NCBI GenBank assembly: GCA_963693065.1
Contig: OY843766.1
Coordinates: 1,098,212 to 1,162,211, forward strand
Direction: 5' to 3'
Source of the DNA: an uncultured Granulicella sp.
GTDB taxonomy: Bacteria > Acidobacteriota > Terriglobia > Terriglobales > Acidobacteriaceae
Length of the DNA: 64,000 nucleotides
Part shown: piece by piece, positions 38,385 through 46,106 of the stretch
Position numbering within the stretch: position 1 is the stretch's first letter
Layout: each line of letters begins with the position of its first letter
Made by a program: the position numbers and the translations under genes
The notes under the pieces: generated by a model
Told to the model about the DNA's origin: nothing
The model's database searches: none
What the model saw: the letters and a program-made list of their open reading frames with translations, nothing else

Positions 38385-39209
38385 ATGCCAGAACCCACCA
38401 AACCCGAGCCCCCCCAAGAATCCGGCCCCGTAGTCGTCTTCAAAGACGTCTCCATCCACTTTGAAGACAAGACCATCCTCGACAACATTTCCTTCCAGGT
38501 AGACCGCGGCCAGACCCTCGTCATCCTCGGCCCCGCCGGCACCGGCAAATCCGTCCTCATGAAGCTCGCCAACGGCCTCCTCAAGCCAGACTCCGGCACC
38601 ATCCTCGTCTTCGGCCAGAACGTCGCCACCATGCCCGAGCGCGACCTCTACAAGCTCCGCCAGCGCATCGGCATGGTCTTCCAGGAGTCCGCCCTCTTCG
38701 ACTCCATGAACGTGGAAGACAACGTAGCCTACCGCCTCAACACAGACGGCATGCCCCCGGCCGAATCCCACAAAAAAGTAGAAGAGATCCTCAACTTCGT
38801 CTCCCTCCCCACCGCCATCACCAAGTTCCCCTCCGAGCTCTCCGGCGGCATGCGGCGCCGCGTCTCCATCGCCCGCGCCATCATCACCAATCCCGACCTC
38901 ATCCTCTACGACTCCCCCACCGGCGGCCTCGACCCCATCACCTCCACCACCATCATCGAGCTCGTCGTCAAGCAGCGCGACGTCTCCCACACCACCTCTC
39001 TCCTCATCACCCACCGCCTCCAAGACGCCTTCACCCTTGCCACCAACCGCTGGGACCCCGAAGAAGAAAAAATGAAACTCATCCCCAACGGCGGCATAGA
39101 CGACAGCACCCGCTTCCTGGTCCTCAACGAAGGCCACATCCTCTACAACGGCGACACCCACGGCCTGGTCCACTCCCAGGACCCCTGGCTCAAGCAATAC
39201 CTCGCCTAA
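38385..39209 (+). CDS. mlaF: MlaF-type ABC transporter ATP-binding protein
   Basis: Walker A (GPAGTGKS), ABC signature (LSGGMRRRVSIARA) and Walker B (LILYDSP) are present. The start is trimmed to the ATG at 38385. Confidence 0.85.
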   Translation: MPEPTKPEPPQESGPVVVFKDVSIHFEDKTILDNISFQVDRGQTLVILGPAGTGKSVLMKLANGLLKPDSGTILVFGQNVATMPERDLYKLRQRIGMVFQESALFDSMNVEDNVAYRLNTDGMPPAESHKKVEEILNFVSLPTAITKFPSELSGGMRRRVSIARAIITNPDLILYDSPTGGLDPITSTTIIELVVKQRDVSHTTSLLITHRLQDAFTLATNRWDPEEEKMKLIPNGGIDDSTRFLVLNEGHILYNGDTHGLVHSQDPWLKQYLA

Positions 39210-39297
39210 CCACCCATCCATCGCCCCATCCCCTCATCGCCCACCCATCCATCGCCCCAACCACCCATTGCCCCAACCACCCATCGCCCAACCGACG
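39210..39297 (+). repeat. C-rich imperfect microsatellite
   Basis: CCACCCATCCATCGCCCC occurs at 39210 and 39241 (31-bp spacing), followed by AACCACCCATTGCCCC and AACCACCCATCGCCC. It starts right after the mlaF stop codon. Confidence 0.7.
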
Positions 39298-39386
39298 CCG
39301 TTATTCTGAGCGAAGCGAAGAATCTCCGTATTTCGCTTTTGCTGTTGCCTGTTCTTGCCGTTGCCTGTTCTTGCCGTTGTCTCCCC
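39298..39386 (+). repeat. repeat family R2 (copy 4)
   Basis: GCCGTTATTCTGAGCGAAGCGAAGAATCTCCGTATTTCGCTTTTGCTG is followed by a 2x tandem TTGCCTGTTCTTGCCG. Confidence 0.8.
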
Positions 39387-40007
39387 CTACCCCTCCCACT
39401 CCTTGAACGTCTTCCGCGGCAAATTCAAAAAAGCCCCCCGCGTCTTCACATAAGCCCCCTGCCCATTCATCCGCCCCACCGCATGCATTTCCTCCGCCTT
39501 GATGTAAGGCCCCTTCAAGTCGACAAACCCATCCCGCACATACATCGCCACCACCCTGCCCAGCAGTATCCGCGACTCCCCCACCTCAATCGTCTGGTAC
39601 TCCACGCACTCCAGCGCCGCCGACGCCTGCGCAATGCGCGGCGTCTTCACCAGCGTCGAAGCCACCGTCTCAAACCCTGCCTTCTCCACCTCGCTCACCC
39701 CCGCCGGAAAATCCACCGCGCAAACATTCATCCCCTCCATGATGTCCTCGGTCACCACATTCACCACAAACTCACCCATCCGCCGGATATTCCGCGCCGT
39801 ATCCTTCACCGATCCCGGCTTCTCCGCCACTCCCAGCCCCACAATCGGCGGCTCGATACAAAGATAGTTGTAAGCGCTATACGGCGCGGCATTCACCCCA
39901 CCATCTTCATTCAGCGACGTCACCAGCGCAATCGGCCGCGGAGCCACCAACCCGATCAGCAGGTTATAAACTACCCGTTTCTCCAAACCTTCAATCGTAT
40001 ATTCCAT
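39387..40007 (-). CDS. flavin reductase family protein (FMN-binding split barrel)
   Basis: 206 aa. LIGLVAPRPIALVTSLNEDGGVNAAPYSAYN is typical of the flavin reductase-like domain. Confidence 0.8.
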   Translation of the reverse strand: MEYTIEGLEKRVVYNLLIGLVAPRPIALVTSLNEDGGVNAAPYSAYNYLCIEPPIVGLGVAEKPGSVKDTARNIRRMGEFVVNVVTEDIMEGMNVCAVDFPAGVSEVEKAGFETVASTLVKTPRIAQASAALECVEYQTIEVGESRILLGRVVAMYVRDGFVDLKGPYIKAEEMHAVGRMNGQGAYVKTRGAFLNLPRKTFKEWEG

Positions 40008-40064
40008 CCCACCACCCTATTTCCCGGCCCACCCCCCTGTAAACCCCAGCGCCCCTCAAGCAGA

Positions 40065-40120
40065 CCTAACCCTAATCGAATGAATATTTTGCCTCAAAAC
40101 GCCCAGGGGGGACCCGACCC
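40065..40120 (+). repeat. repeat family R3 (copy C)
   Basis: CCTAACCCTAATCGAATGAATATTTTGCCTCAAAACGCCCAGGGGGGACCCGACCC. It ends 9 nt before the stop (40130-40132) of the minus-strand hydrolase gene. Confidence 0.8.
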
Positions 40121-40129
40121 TCGATTCCC

Positions 40130-40954
40130 CTACCCCAAAGCCTTCCGTATCACCCCCAGCACGATCGCCCACCCCCTGCTTTCCGGGTCCACCACGTCGA
40201 AATGGTCCGCCCCCTGGATCATCTCCACCACCACAGCCTCCCCCATCCTCTTCCCCCGCTCCGCCCACCGCGCCGGCAGCCCCGGCGGAATCTGATCGTC
40301 CTCGGTCCCCTGCACCAGCCACTGTGCCACGTTCAGCGGCACCAGCTCCCCCGGATCCCCAGCCTTGTACCGATCCGGCACATCCCCCGGTGCCCCACCC
40401 ATAAAAGTCTCCACCTCCCGCTTGTCATGCGCAAACCCGAACCACCCCGCCAGATCGATCGTAAGCCGCAAATCCACCGCCCCAGCAAGCCCCACGACTC
40501 CCCGAATCGCAGCCCGCCCCCGCAGCCTCGCCAGCACCCCCGTCTCCGGCATATGCGGCCGCCCCGCCAGCCAGAAAGCCAGCTGCCCCCCCGCCGAGTG
40601 CCCCGCCACCACCACCCGAAACAAGTCCAGCTTATAGCTCTTCCCCAGCACCTGCAGATAATCGAACCCCGCCGCCACATCCTCAAACGTCCCCGGCCAA
40701 CCCCCACCCCCATCCCCCACCCGCCGATATTCCAGCGACCACACCGCCACCCCCACCTTCTTCAGCGCCTCACAAAAAAATCCCCCATACTCCAGCCCAT
40801 AAGCCGCCTTCCACCACCCTCCATGCACAAACACCACCACCGGCAGCTTCTCCCCAGCCGGCACCCAGAGATCCCCAAACTGTAAATCCAAAGCCCCATA
40901 CTTCACCCGGTGATCGGCCTTCGGCGGAACCCGCGAAAGCAGGTCTTCGCCCAC
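40130..40954 (-). CDS. alpha/beta hydrolase (esterase/lipase-like)
   Basis: 274 aa with the oxyanion region VVFVHGGWW and the nucleophile elbow GHSAGG. The GTG start overlaps the ftsB stop by 1 nt. Confidence 0.8.
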   Translation of the reverse strand: MGEDLLSRVPPKADHRVKYGALDLQFGDLWVPAGEKLPVVVFVHGGWWKAAYGLEYGGFFCEALKKVGVAVWSLEYRRVGDGGGGWPGTFEDVAAGFDYLQVLGKSYKLDLFRVVVAGHSAGGQLAFWLAGRPHMPETGVLARLRGRAAIRGVVGLAGAVDLRLTIDLAGWFGFAHDKREVETFMGGAPGDVPDRYKAGDPGELVPLNVAQWLVQGTEDDQIPPGLPARWAERGKRMGEAVVVEMIQGADHFDVVDPESRGWAIVLGVIRKALG

Positions 40955-41352
40955 TACTTTTTCACCGGCGCGTCCGGCGGCAGCGTCACGATCACCTCAC
41001 CCGGCCGCGTGTAATGCAGTTCCTCCCGCGCCTGGTGCTCGATCGCGTTCGGATCCGTCTGCAGCCGGTCCACATGCCCGCGCAGCTGCTCGTTCTCCCG
41101 TTCCAGCGTCTTTACCTGCACTTCCAGCGCCTTCGCATCCTGCTTCTTCTGCTCGTAGGCTGTCAGCCCGTTATGCCCGAACATCACATGAAACCCCACC
41201 CCCACAGCAAGCACTCCCGCCGCGACCGTAGCCACCCGCCGGCCCTGCCCAAAAGCCTTCCCCCGCAACTCGCCCACCTGCTGCATCACTCCGAATTTGC
41301 GCCCAAACAAGTCCATACCCCCAGTCAATATCCCCTGGCCCCTCATCGTCAA
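40954..41352 (-). CDS. ftsB: septum formation initiator family protein (FtsB/DivIC)
   Basis: 132 aa with a single TM helix, a coiled coil (LEVQVKTLERENEQLRGHVDRLQ) and the tail PNAIEHQAREELHYTRPGEVIV. Confidence 0.8.
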   Translation of the reverse strand: MTMRGQGILTGGMDLFGRKFGVMQQVGELRGKAFGQGRRVATVAAGVLAVGVGFHVMFGHNGLTAYEQKKQDAKALEVQVKTLERENEQLRGHVDRLQTDPNAIEHQAREELHYTRPGEVIVTLPPDAPVKK

Positions 41353-41434
41353 CTCTAATCTCCCTCTGAACCAAACAAACCATCATTCCCCAAATCACCC
41401 CGCACCTTGGTATCCTTAGCAAGCCGTACAAGTC

Positions 41435-41716
41435 ATGCGAATCCTCGTCATCATCGCCGTCCTCTGCTTTCTCACGCTCGCCTGGGCCACCCTCGCCATC
41501 GCCCGGCACATCCGCCGCACCACCACACCCCTTCCCGCCGCGCCGTCCGCTCCCCTCGCCTTGGTGCCGGCTCTGTCCCCCGACCACACCCGCACCCATC
41601 GTTACGCCACCCAGGACCGTCACGACCGGACCTACGCCTCACCCGATTCCGGCAACCTCAAGGACCCCGGCGCCCGCGCCCACACCCGGCCCCGCCGCAC
41701 CAAATCCAAACCCTAA
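41435..41716 (+). CDS. hypothetical small membrane-anchored protein
   Basis: 93 aa with an N-terminal TM helix (MRILVIIAVLCFLTLAWATLAIA) and a basic Pro/His/Arg-rich tail. It ends 11 nt before bioY, with AAGGAA in between. Coding status is uncertain. Confidence 0.4.
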   Translation: MRILVIIAVLCFLTLAWATLAIARHIRRTTTPLPAAPSAPLALVPALSPDHTRTHRYATQDRHDRTYASPDSGNLKDPGARAHTRPRRTKSKP

Positions 41717-41727
41717 GGAACCACACC

Positions 41728-42300
41728 ATGTCGACTCAAACCGCAACCCTTACCGCCCCCATCACCCCCTTCACCCAGACCATCCCCGGCCGTATCACCC
41801 TCGCCGTCGGTGCCAGCCTTTTCGTCGCCGCCGCCGCGCACCTCTCCTTCCCCATACCCTACACCCCCGTCCCCCTCACCCTGTCCGACCTCGCCGTCCT
41901 CCTCGTCGGCCTCACCCTGGGTCCCACAACCGCCTTCGCCGCCCTCTGCCTCTACCTGTTGGAAGGCGTCTCAGGCCTCCCCGTCTTCTCCGCCGGCAAC
42001 TATCCTGACCTCGCTCACCGCTTCCTCGTCACCGGCGGCTACCTCATCAGCTATCCCTTCGCCGCCGCTCTCGCCGGCTTCCTGCGTAGACGAACCACCT
42101 TCGCCCCCACGCTCCTGGCCGCCGCCATCGCCAGCGCTTTCCTCATGACCTGCGGCGTAGTCTGGCTCGCCGTCTCGCTCCACCTCACCCCCGCCGTCGC
42201 CTTCGCCAAGGGCGCTCTCCCCTTCCTCCCCGGCCAGGCCATCAAGGTCCTCTCCGCCGCCGGCATCGCCACCGCAGCCACCCGACTCCGTAAATCCTGA
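41728..42300 (+). CDS. bioY: biotin transporter BioY
   Basis: 190 aa from the ATG at 41728. IPYTPVPLTLSDLAVLLVGLTLGP and YLLEGVSGLPVFS are typical BioY motifs. Confidence 0.8.
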   Translation: MSTQTATLTAPITPFTQTIPGRITLAVGASLFVAAAAHLSFPIPYTPVPLTLSDLAVLLVGLTLGPTTAFAALCLYLLEGVSGLPVFSAGNYPDLAHRFLVTGGYLISYPFAAALAGFLRRRTTFAPTLLAAAIASAFLMTCGVVWLAVSLHLTPAVAFAKGALPFLPGQAIKVLSAAGIATAATRLRKS

Positions 42301-42400
42301 CTCAAAACTCCAGCCCGTGCATCGCGCCAAAGCGTCCCGGCATCCGACGCTTAGTGACCACACGTTCAATAAAGTTCCACCCGAAGGACTGTTACCCGCA

Positions 42401-43240
42401 ATGAGCACCCAGGAAATCAGCATCGCCCACTCCCCAGATTCAGACGACGCCTTCATGTTCTACGGCCTCGCCACCCGAAAGATCCAGGTCCCCGGCTACA
42501 AATTCACCCACCAGCTCGTAGACGTCGAAACCCTCAACCACCGCGCCATCGCTGACGCCCCTTATGACGTCACCGCCATCTCTTTCCACGCCTATCCTTT
42601 CCTCCAGCAAACCTACGCCCTCATGAACGCCGGCAGTTCGCTTGGCGAAGGTTACGGCCCCCTCCTCGTCTCCACCCGAAAATACACCGCCGACGAAATC
42701 CCTAAACTCCGCATCGCCATCCCCGGCACCCTCACCACCGCCTACCTCACCCTCAAGCTCTTCTGCCCCACCCTCCAAACCACCGTCGTCGACTTCGACA
42801 AAATCATTCCCGCAGTAGTCTCCGGCGAATTCGACGCCGGCCTCCTCATCCACGAGGGCCAGCTCACCTACGCCCATGACGGCCTCCAGAAGATCCTCGA
42901 CCTCGGCCAATGGTGGCGCACCACAACCAACCTCCCCCTGCCCCTCGGCGGCAACGCCATCCGCCGCTCCCTGGGCCCCGACGTCATGCTCACCACCGCT
43001 CACGCCGTCCGTGATTCCATCCAGCACGCCCTCGACCACCGCGACCAGGCCCTCGATTACGCCATGCAATTCGCCCGCGACCTCGACCCCGCCCTCGCCA
43101 GCCGCTACGTCGGCATGTACGTCAACGACCGCACCATCGACCTCGGCGAAGACGGCCGTCAGGCCATCCGCCTCATCCTCCAGATGGGCTACGAGCGCGG
43201 CATCATCCCCATCCAGTCCCACTGCGACTTCATCGGCTAA
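42401..43240 (+). CDS. MqnA/MqnD-family protein (menaquinone biosynthesis via futalosine)
   Basis: 279 aa from the ATG at 42401. IAHSPDSDDAFMFYGLA and the periplasmic-binding-like fold match the VitK2_biosynth family. I cannot separate MqnA, MqnD or a paralog. Confidence 0.65.
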   Translation: MSTQEISIAHSPDSDDAFMFYGLATRKIQVPGYKFTHQLVDVETLNHRAIADAPYDVTAISFHAYPFLQQTYALMNAGSSLGEGYGPLLVSTRKYTADEIPKLRIAIPGTLTTAYLTLKLFCPTLQTTVVDFDKIIPAVVSGEFDAGLLIHEGQLTYAHDGLQKILDLGQWWRTTTNLPLPLGGNAIRRSLGPDVMLTTAHAVRDSIQHALDHRDQALDYAMQFARDLDPALASRYVGMYVNDRTIDLGEDGRQAIRLILQMGYERGIIPIQSHCDFIG

Positions 43241-43350
43241 CCCCCACCCCTCAACATCACATACCCGGGAACGTATCGGGTACCCCATCTCAAGCGGGCT
43301 TCATCGATTGAGGTGGGGTTACTCCTCTACCAGTCTTGACACTGGAGTAT

Positions 43351-43394
43351 GGGGTGCCCCAGGCCACGCGGCCTCACCGCGTGACCTGGGGTTG
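43351..43394. repeat. long-hairpin element, family R4 (copy 2)
   Basis: GGGGTGCCCCAGGCCAC-GCGGCCTCACCGC-GTGACCTGGGGTTG. On the minus strand this is a 15-bp stem (CCCCAGGTCACGCGG / CCGCGTGGCCTGGGG) with a 5-nt loop, 17 nt downstream of the dehydrogenase stop (43411). Confidence 0.75.
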
Positions 43395-43410
43395 TTCACT
43401 TTCCGGCACC

Positions 43411-44427
43411 TCACATCTCCAGCACAATCTTCCCGAAGTGCCCACCATTCTGCATCTCCTGCAAAGCCGCCCCCGCCTCCGCAAACGGATACACCCTATC
43501 CACCACGGGCTTAATCCCAGCAACCCGCATCCCCGCCACCAGCCGCTCATACATCCCGCGGCTACCCACATAAACCCCATCAAGGTAAATCGATTTCGCC
43601 AGCACCGGCAGCACATCCACCCCCGCACCCGGTTCCGAAAGCACCCCAATCAAATAAACATGCCCGCCAGCCCGCACCGCCTTCAGCGACTTCGGCAAAG
43701 TTCCTGCCCCGCCAACCTCCACCACATGATCCACCCCCCGCTTCCCGGTCAGCCGCAGCACTTCCTTATCCCAATCCGGCGTCGTCCGGTAATTGATCAT
43801 TTCATCCGCCCCCGTCGCCTTTCCCCGCGCCAGTTTCTCATCGCTTGAACTCGTCAGGATCACTCGCGCTCCATGCGCCTTCGCAATCTGCAGCCCGAAC
43901 ATCGAAACCCCACCCGTCCCCAGAATCAAAACCGACTCGCCCGCTCGCAGCTTACCTTTCTCCACCAGCCCATTCCACGCCGTCACTGCCGCGCATGGAA
44001 GCGTGGCCGCCTCCGCATCTGTCAGAAACTCAGGCACATGAATGATGCCTCGCTCGCCAAAATTCCTCACCGTACAGAACACCCCATCAATTGATCCACC
44101 CAGCGCACTAGCACCCGTCTCCGGCCGGATTTCCCCATCTTCCCAGTCCTGAAAAAACAGACTCGTCACCCGGTCACCCACCTTGAACCGCGTCACCTGC
44201 TCCCCCACCGCAGTCACCACCCCCGCGGCGTCGGAACCAATCACCCTTGGCAACACCATCCTCGGGTTATACGTCCCCATCACCGTCATCAGGTCCCGAT
44301 AGTTCAAAGAAGCCGCCCGCAGCTCCACCTGCACCTCCGTCGGCCCCGGCGCCGCCACCTCAACCTCCACCACTTTCAACCCATCCAGCCCAAAACCCTC
44401 TAAACGCAACGCCTTCGAAGTAACCAT
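43411..44427 (-). CDS. NAD(P)-dependent medium-chain dehydrogenase / quinone oxidoreductase-like
   Basis: 338 aa of the MDR fold, with a GroES-like N-domain and the Rossmann motif ILGTGGVS. Confidence 0.8.
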   Translation of the reverse strand: MVTSKALRLEGFGLDGLKVVEVEVAAPGPTEVQVELRAASLNYRDLMTVMGTYNPRMVLPRVIGSDAAGVVTAVGEQVTRFKVGDRVTSLFFQDWEDGEIRPETGASALGGSIDGVFCTVRNFGERGIIHVPEFLTDAEAATLPCAAVTAWNGLVEKGKLRAGESVLILGTGGVSMFGLQIAKAHGARVILTSSSDEKLARGKATGADEMINYRTTPDWDKEVLRLTGKRGVDHVVEVGGAGTLPKSLKAVRAGGHVYLIGVLSEPGAGVDVLPVLAKSIYLDGVYVGSRGMYERLVAGMRVAGIKPVVDRVYPFAEAGAALQEMQNGGHFGKIVLEM

Positions 44428-44523
44428 CCCAGCATCCTACGCACTCCAGCCGATTCCCACCACCCCAAACCCTGTGTTATTCTCAGAGAGTTGCGGTTGA
44501 GCCAAAAGGTTCCCACACACAAC

Positions 44524-44599
44524 GGACGCGTAGCTCAACTGGCAGAGCATTCGACTCTTAATCGACTGGTTGTAGGTTCGATTCCTACCGCGTCCACCA
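44524..44599 (+). tRNA. tRNA-Lys (anticodon CUU)
   Basis: 76-nt cloverleaf: GGACGCG ta GCTC aactggca GAGC a TTCGA ctCTTaa TCGAC tggtt GTAGG ttcgatt CCTAC CGCGTCC a CCA. There is one T-C mismatch at the base of the anticodon stem. Confidence 0.9.
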
Positions 44600-44816
44600 T
44601 TCAAACACTCTCTCGATTAGACCCAAATCGTCACAGACCCGAACACCCTAGCAATTCCGAGCGAGTAGCATCTCCGCATTTCGATTCTGCTATTACGTGT
44701 TTCCGCTCTATACGTTCACCCACTTTCCTCGAACCTGCACTGCAAAGCAAAATGCACGAGTCTTTGTGCGTTTGCGCATCCACATACGAATAGGCGAAGA
44801 TAAGGCGAAGAAACAC

Positions 44817-46106
44817 ATGCCTTCAGCCGCCCATCTCCGCCACCAGATCCAAACCGCGCTCGCCCACAAGGCGCCCTCCGCACTCACCCCGGCGGTGCGC
44901 CTCGTGCAGCCGGGCGTACCAACCGGCGTACAGGTTGTCGACCAACTGCTCGAAGGTGGCTTCCCCGCCGGCACCATCAGCGAACTCACCGGCCCCAACT
45001 GCTCCGGCAGGATCTCCCTCGCCATGGCATTCGTAGCCGGCCAGACACACAAGCGACAGGTCTGTGCCTGGGTAGATGCCAGTGATGAATTCGACCCAGC
45101 CTCGGCCCTCGCCAGCGGTGTCGATCTGGAACGTCTGCTTTGGGTACGCTGTGGCCAGAACACACCCTCTACCCAGGCCAAGCAAGCCGTCTCATCCGGC
45201 AGCCGATTCGCCGTACTGCCACCGCCTCCCTCCAACAAAACATCCCTCGGCATGCATCCCCGCGCAGAGGCCCGCGGACTCTCGACCGCCATCCAGGGCA
45301 TGCTGGGTGGCCGGAACGAAGGCAAACCCGGCACACCCGGAGCCTTGAATCGTCCGCTCACCGCGCCCGAGCCCCAGGCCAGACCAACCCGCACCGAGCA
45401 GATCGCCACCGACCGCTTACCCGCGCGTCGCGGAGAGCATGCCCTCGACCAGAAGGCACGTATGGCCGCAGGCGAAACCGGCCTGGTCGATTCACTCGCC
45501 GCCCACGCTGCCGAACTTGCACGCGTAGCCCCACGCTGCGCGGAAACCCAGCAGGGATTCGCACGCTCCAGCCAGGCTAAGCTACAGCCACTCCCGAGTC
45601 CTGCAACTCCCCCCGCCCCATCTGAAAGCACATCCCACCTCTCTCCCTGGAACAAGCTCGACCAGGCCATCCGCACCACCGATCTTCTACTCCAGGGCGC
45701 AGGCTTCTGCTGTATCGTTCTGGACCTCAGCGGCATAGAAGCAGAGTTTGCCGGTCGCATCCCTCTGGCCACCTGGTTTCGCTTCCGTGCCGCGGCTGAC
45801 CGCACCCGTTCCATCCTGCTCGTCCTCACCCGTCATCCCTGCACGGGGAGCAGCGGCGAGGTCCTGCTCAAAATGACCGCCGAAGTCCCTGAAGCCACCA
45901 CCGTCATAACCCGCATACCGTTTCATCTCGAGCGAATGCGCCAGCGCCTCACCATGCCGCGCGAGCTTGAACCAACCAATCGCACCGGCAATCTCGTCAC
46001 CATGCGCAAGCCGCCGCAGTCCGTCCGTTCAGCAGATTGGATCGCCCCATCCGCATCCCTGAAAAAAACATCCGCATTCCCTAAAAAAACAGGAGACGCC
46101 GGATGA
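44817..46106 (+). CDS. imuA: ImuA (RecA/SulA-like translesion-synthesis accessory protein) with a large internal insertion
   Basis: 429 aa from the ATG at 44817. The N-terminal core is GFPAGTISELTGPNCSGRISLAMAFVA...DLERLLWVRCG. The C-terminal core is LLLQGAGFCCIVLDLSG...WFRFRAAADRTRSILLVLTRH. It has an ATGA overlap with imuB. Confidence 0.75.
   Translation: MPSAAHLRHQIQTALAHKAPSALTPAVRLVQPGVPTGVQVVDQLLEGGFPAGTISELTGPNCSGRISLAMAFVAGQTHKRQVCAWVDASDEFDPASALASGVDLERLLWVRCGQNTPSTQAKQAVSSGSRFAVLPPPPSNKTSLGMHPRAEARGLSTAIQGMLGGRNEGKPGTPGALNRPLTAPEPQARPTRTEQIATDRLPARRGEHALDQKARMAAGETGLVDSLAAHAAELARVAPRCAETQQGFARSSQAKLQPLPSPATPPAPSESTSHLSPWNKLDQAIRTTDLLLQGAGFCCIVLDLSGIEAEFAGRIPLATWFRFRAAADRTRSILLVLTRHPCTGSSGEVLLKMTAEVPEATTVITRIPFHLERMRQRLTMPRELEPTNRTGNLVTMRKPPQSVRSADWIAPSASLKKTSAFPKKTGDAG

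Noticed and set aside
37532-39209. Complete Mla (MlaFEDCB) lipid-transport operon.
   Set aside because: Only the permease and the ATPase are present. No MCE-domain (MlaD), MlaC or STAS (MlaB) gene is adjacent, so I call only mlaE/mlaF-type components.
40065-40076. Telomere-like CCTAACCCTAA in R3 copies.
   Set aside because: There are only 1-2 units, embedded in a longer conserved element, on what is evidently a normal internal chromosomal region. I treat the resemblance as coincidental.
44600-44816. Exact LexA/SOS box upstream of imuA.
   Set aside because: There is no perfect GTTC-N7-GTTC, CTGT-N8-ACAG or other canonical box. I report only a one-mismatch candidate, as a hypothesis in the findings.
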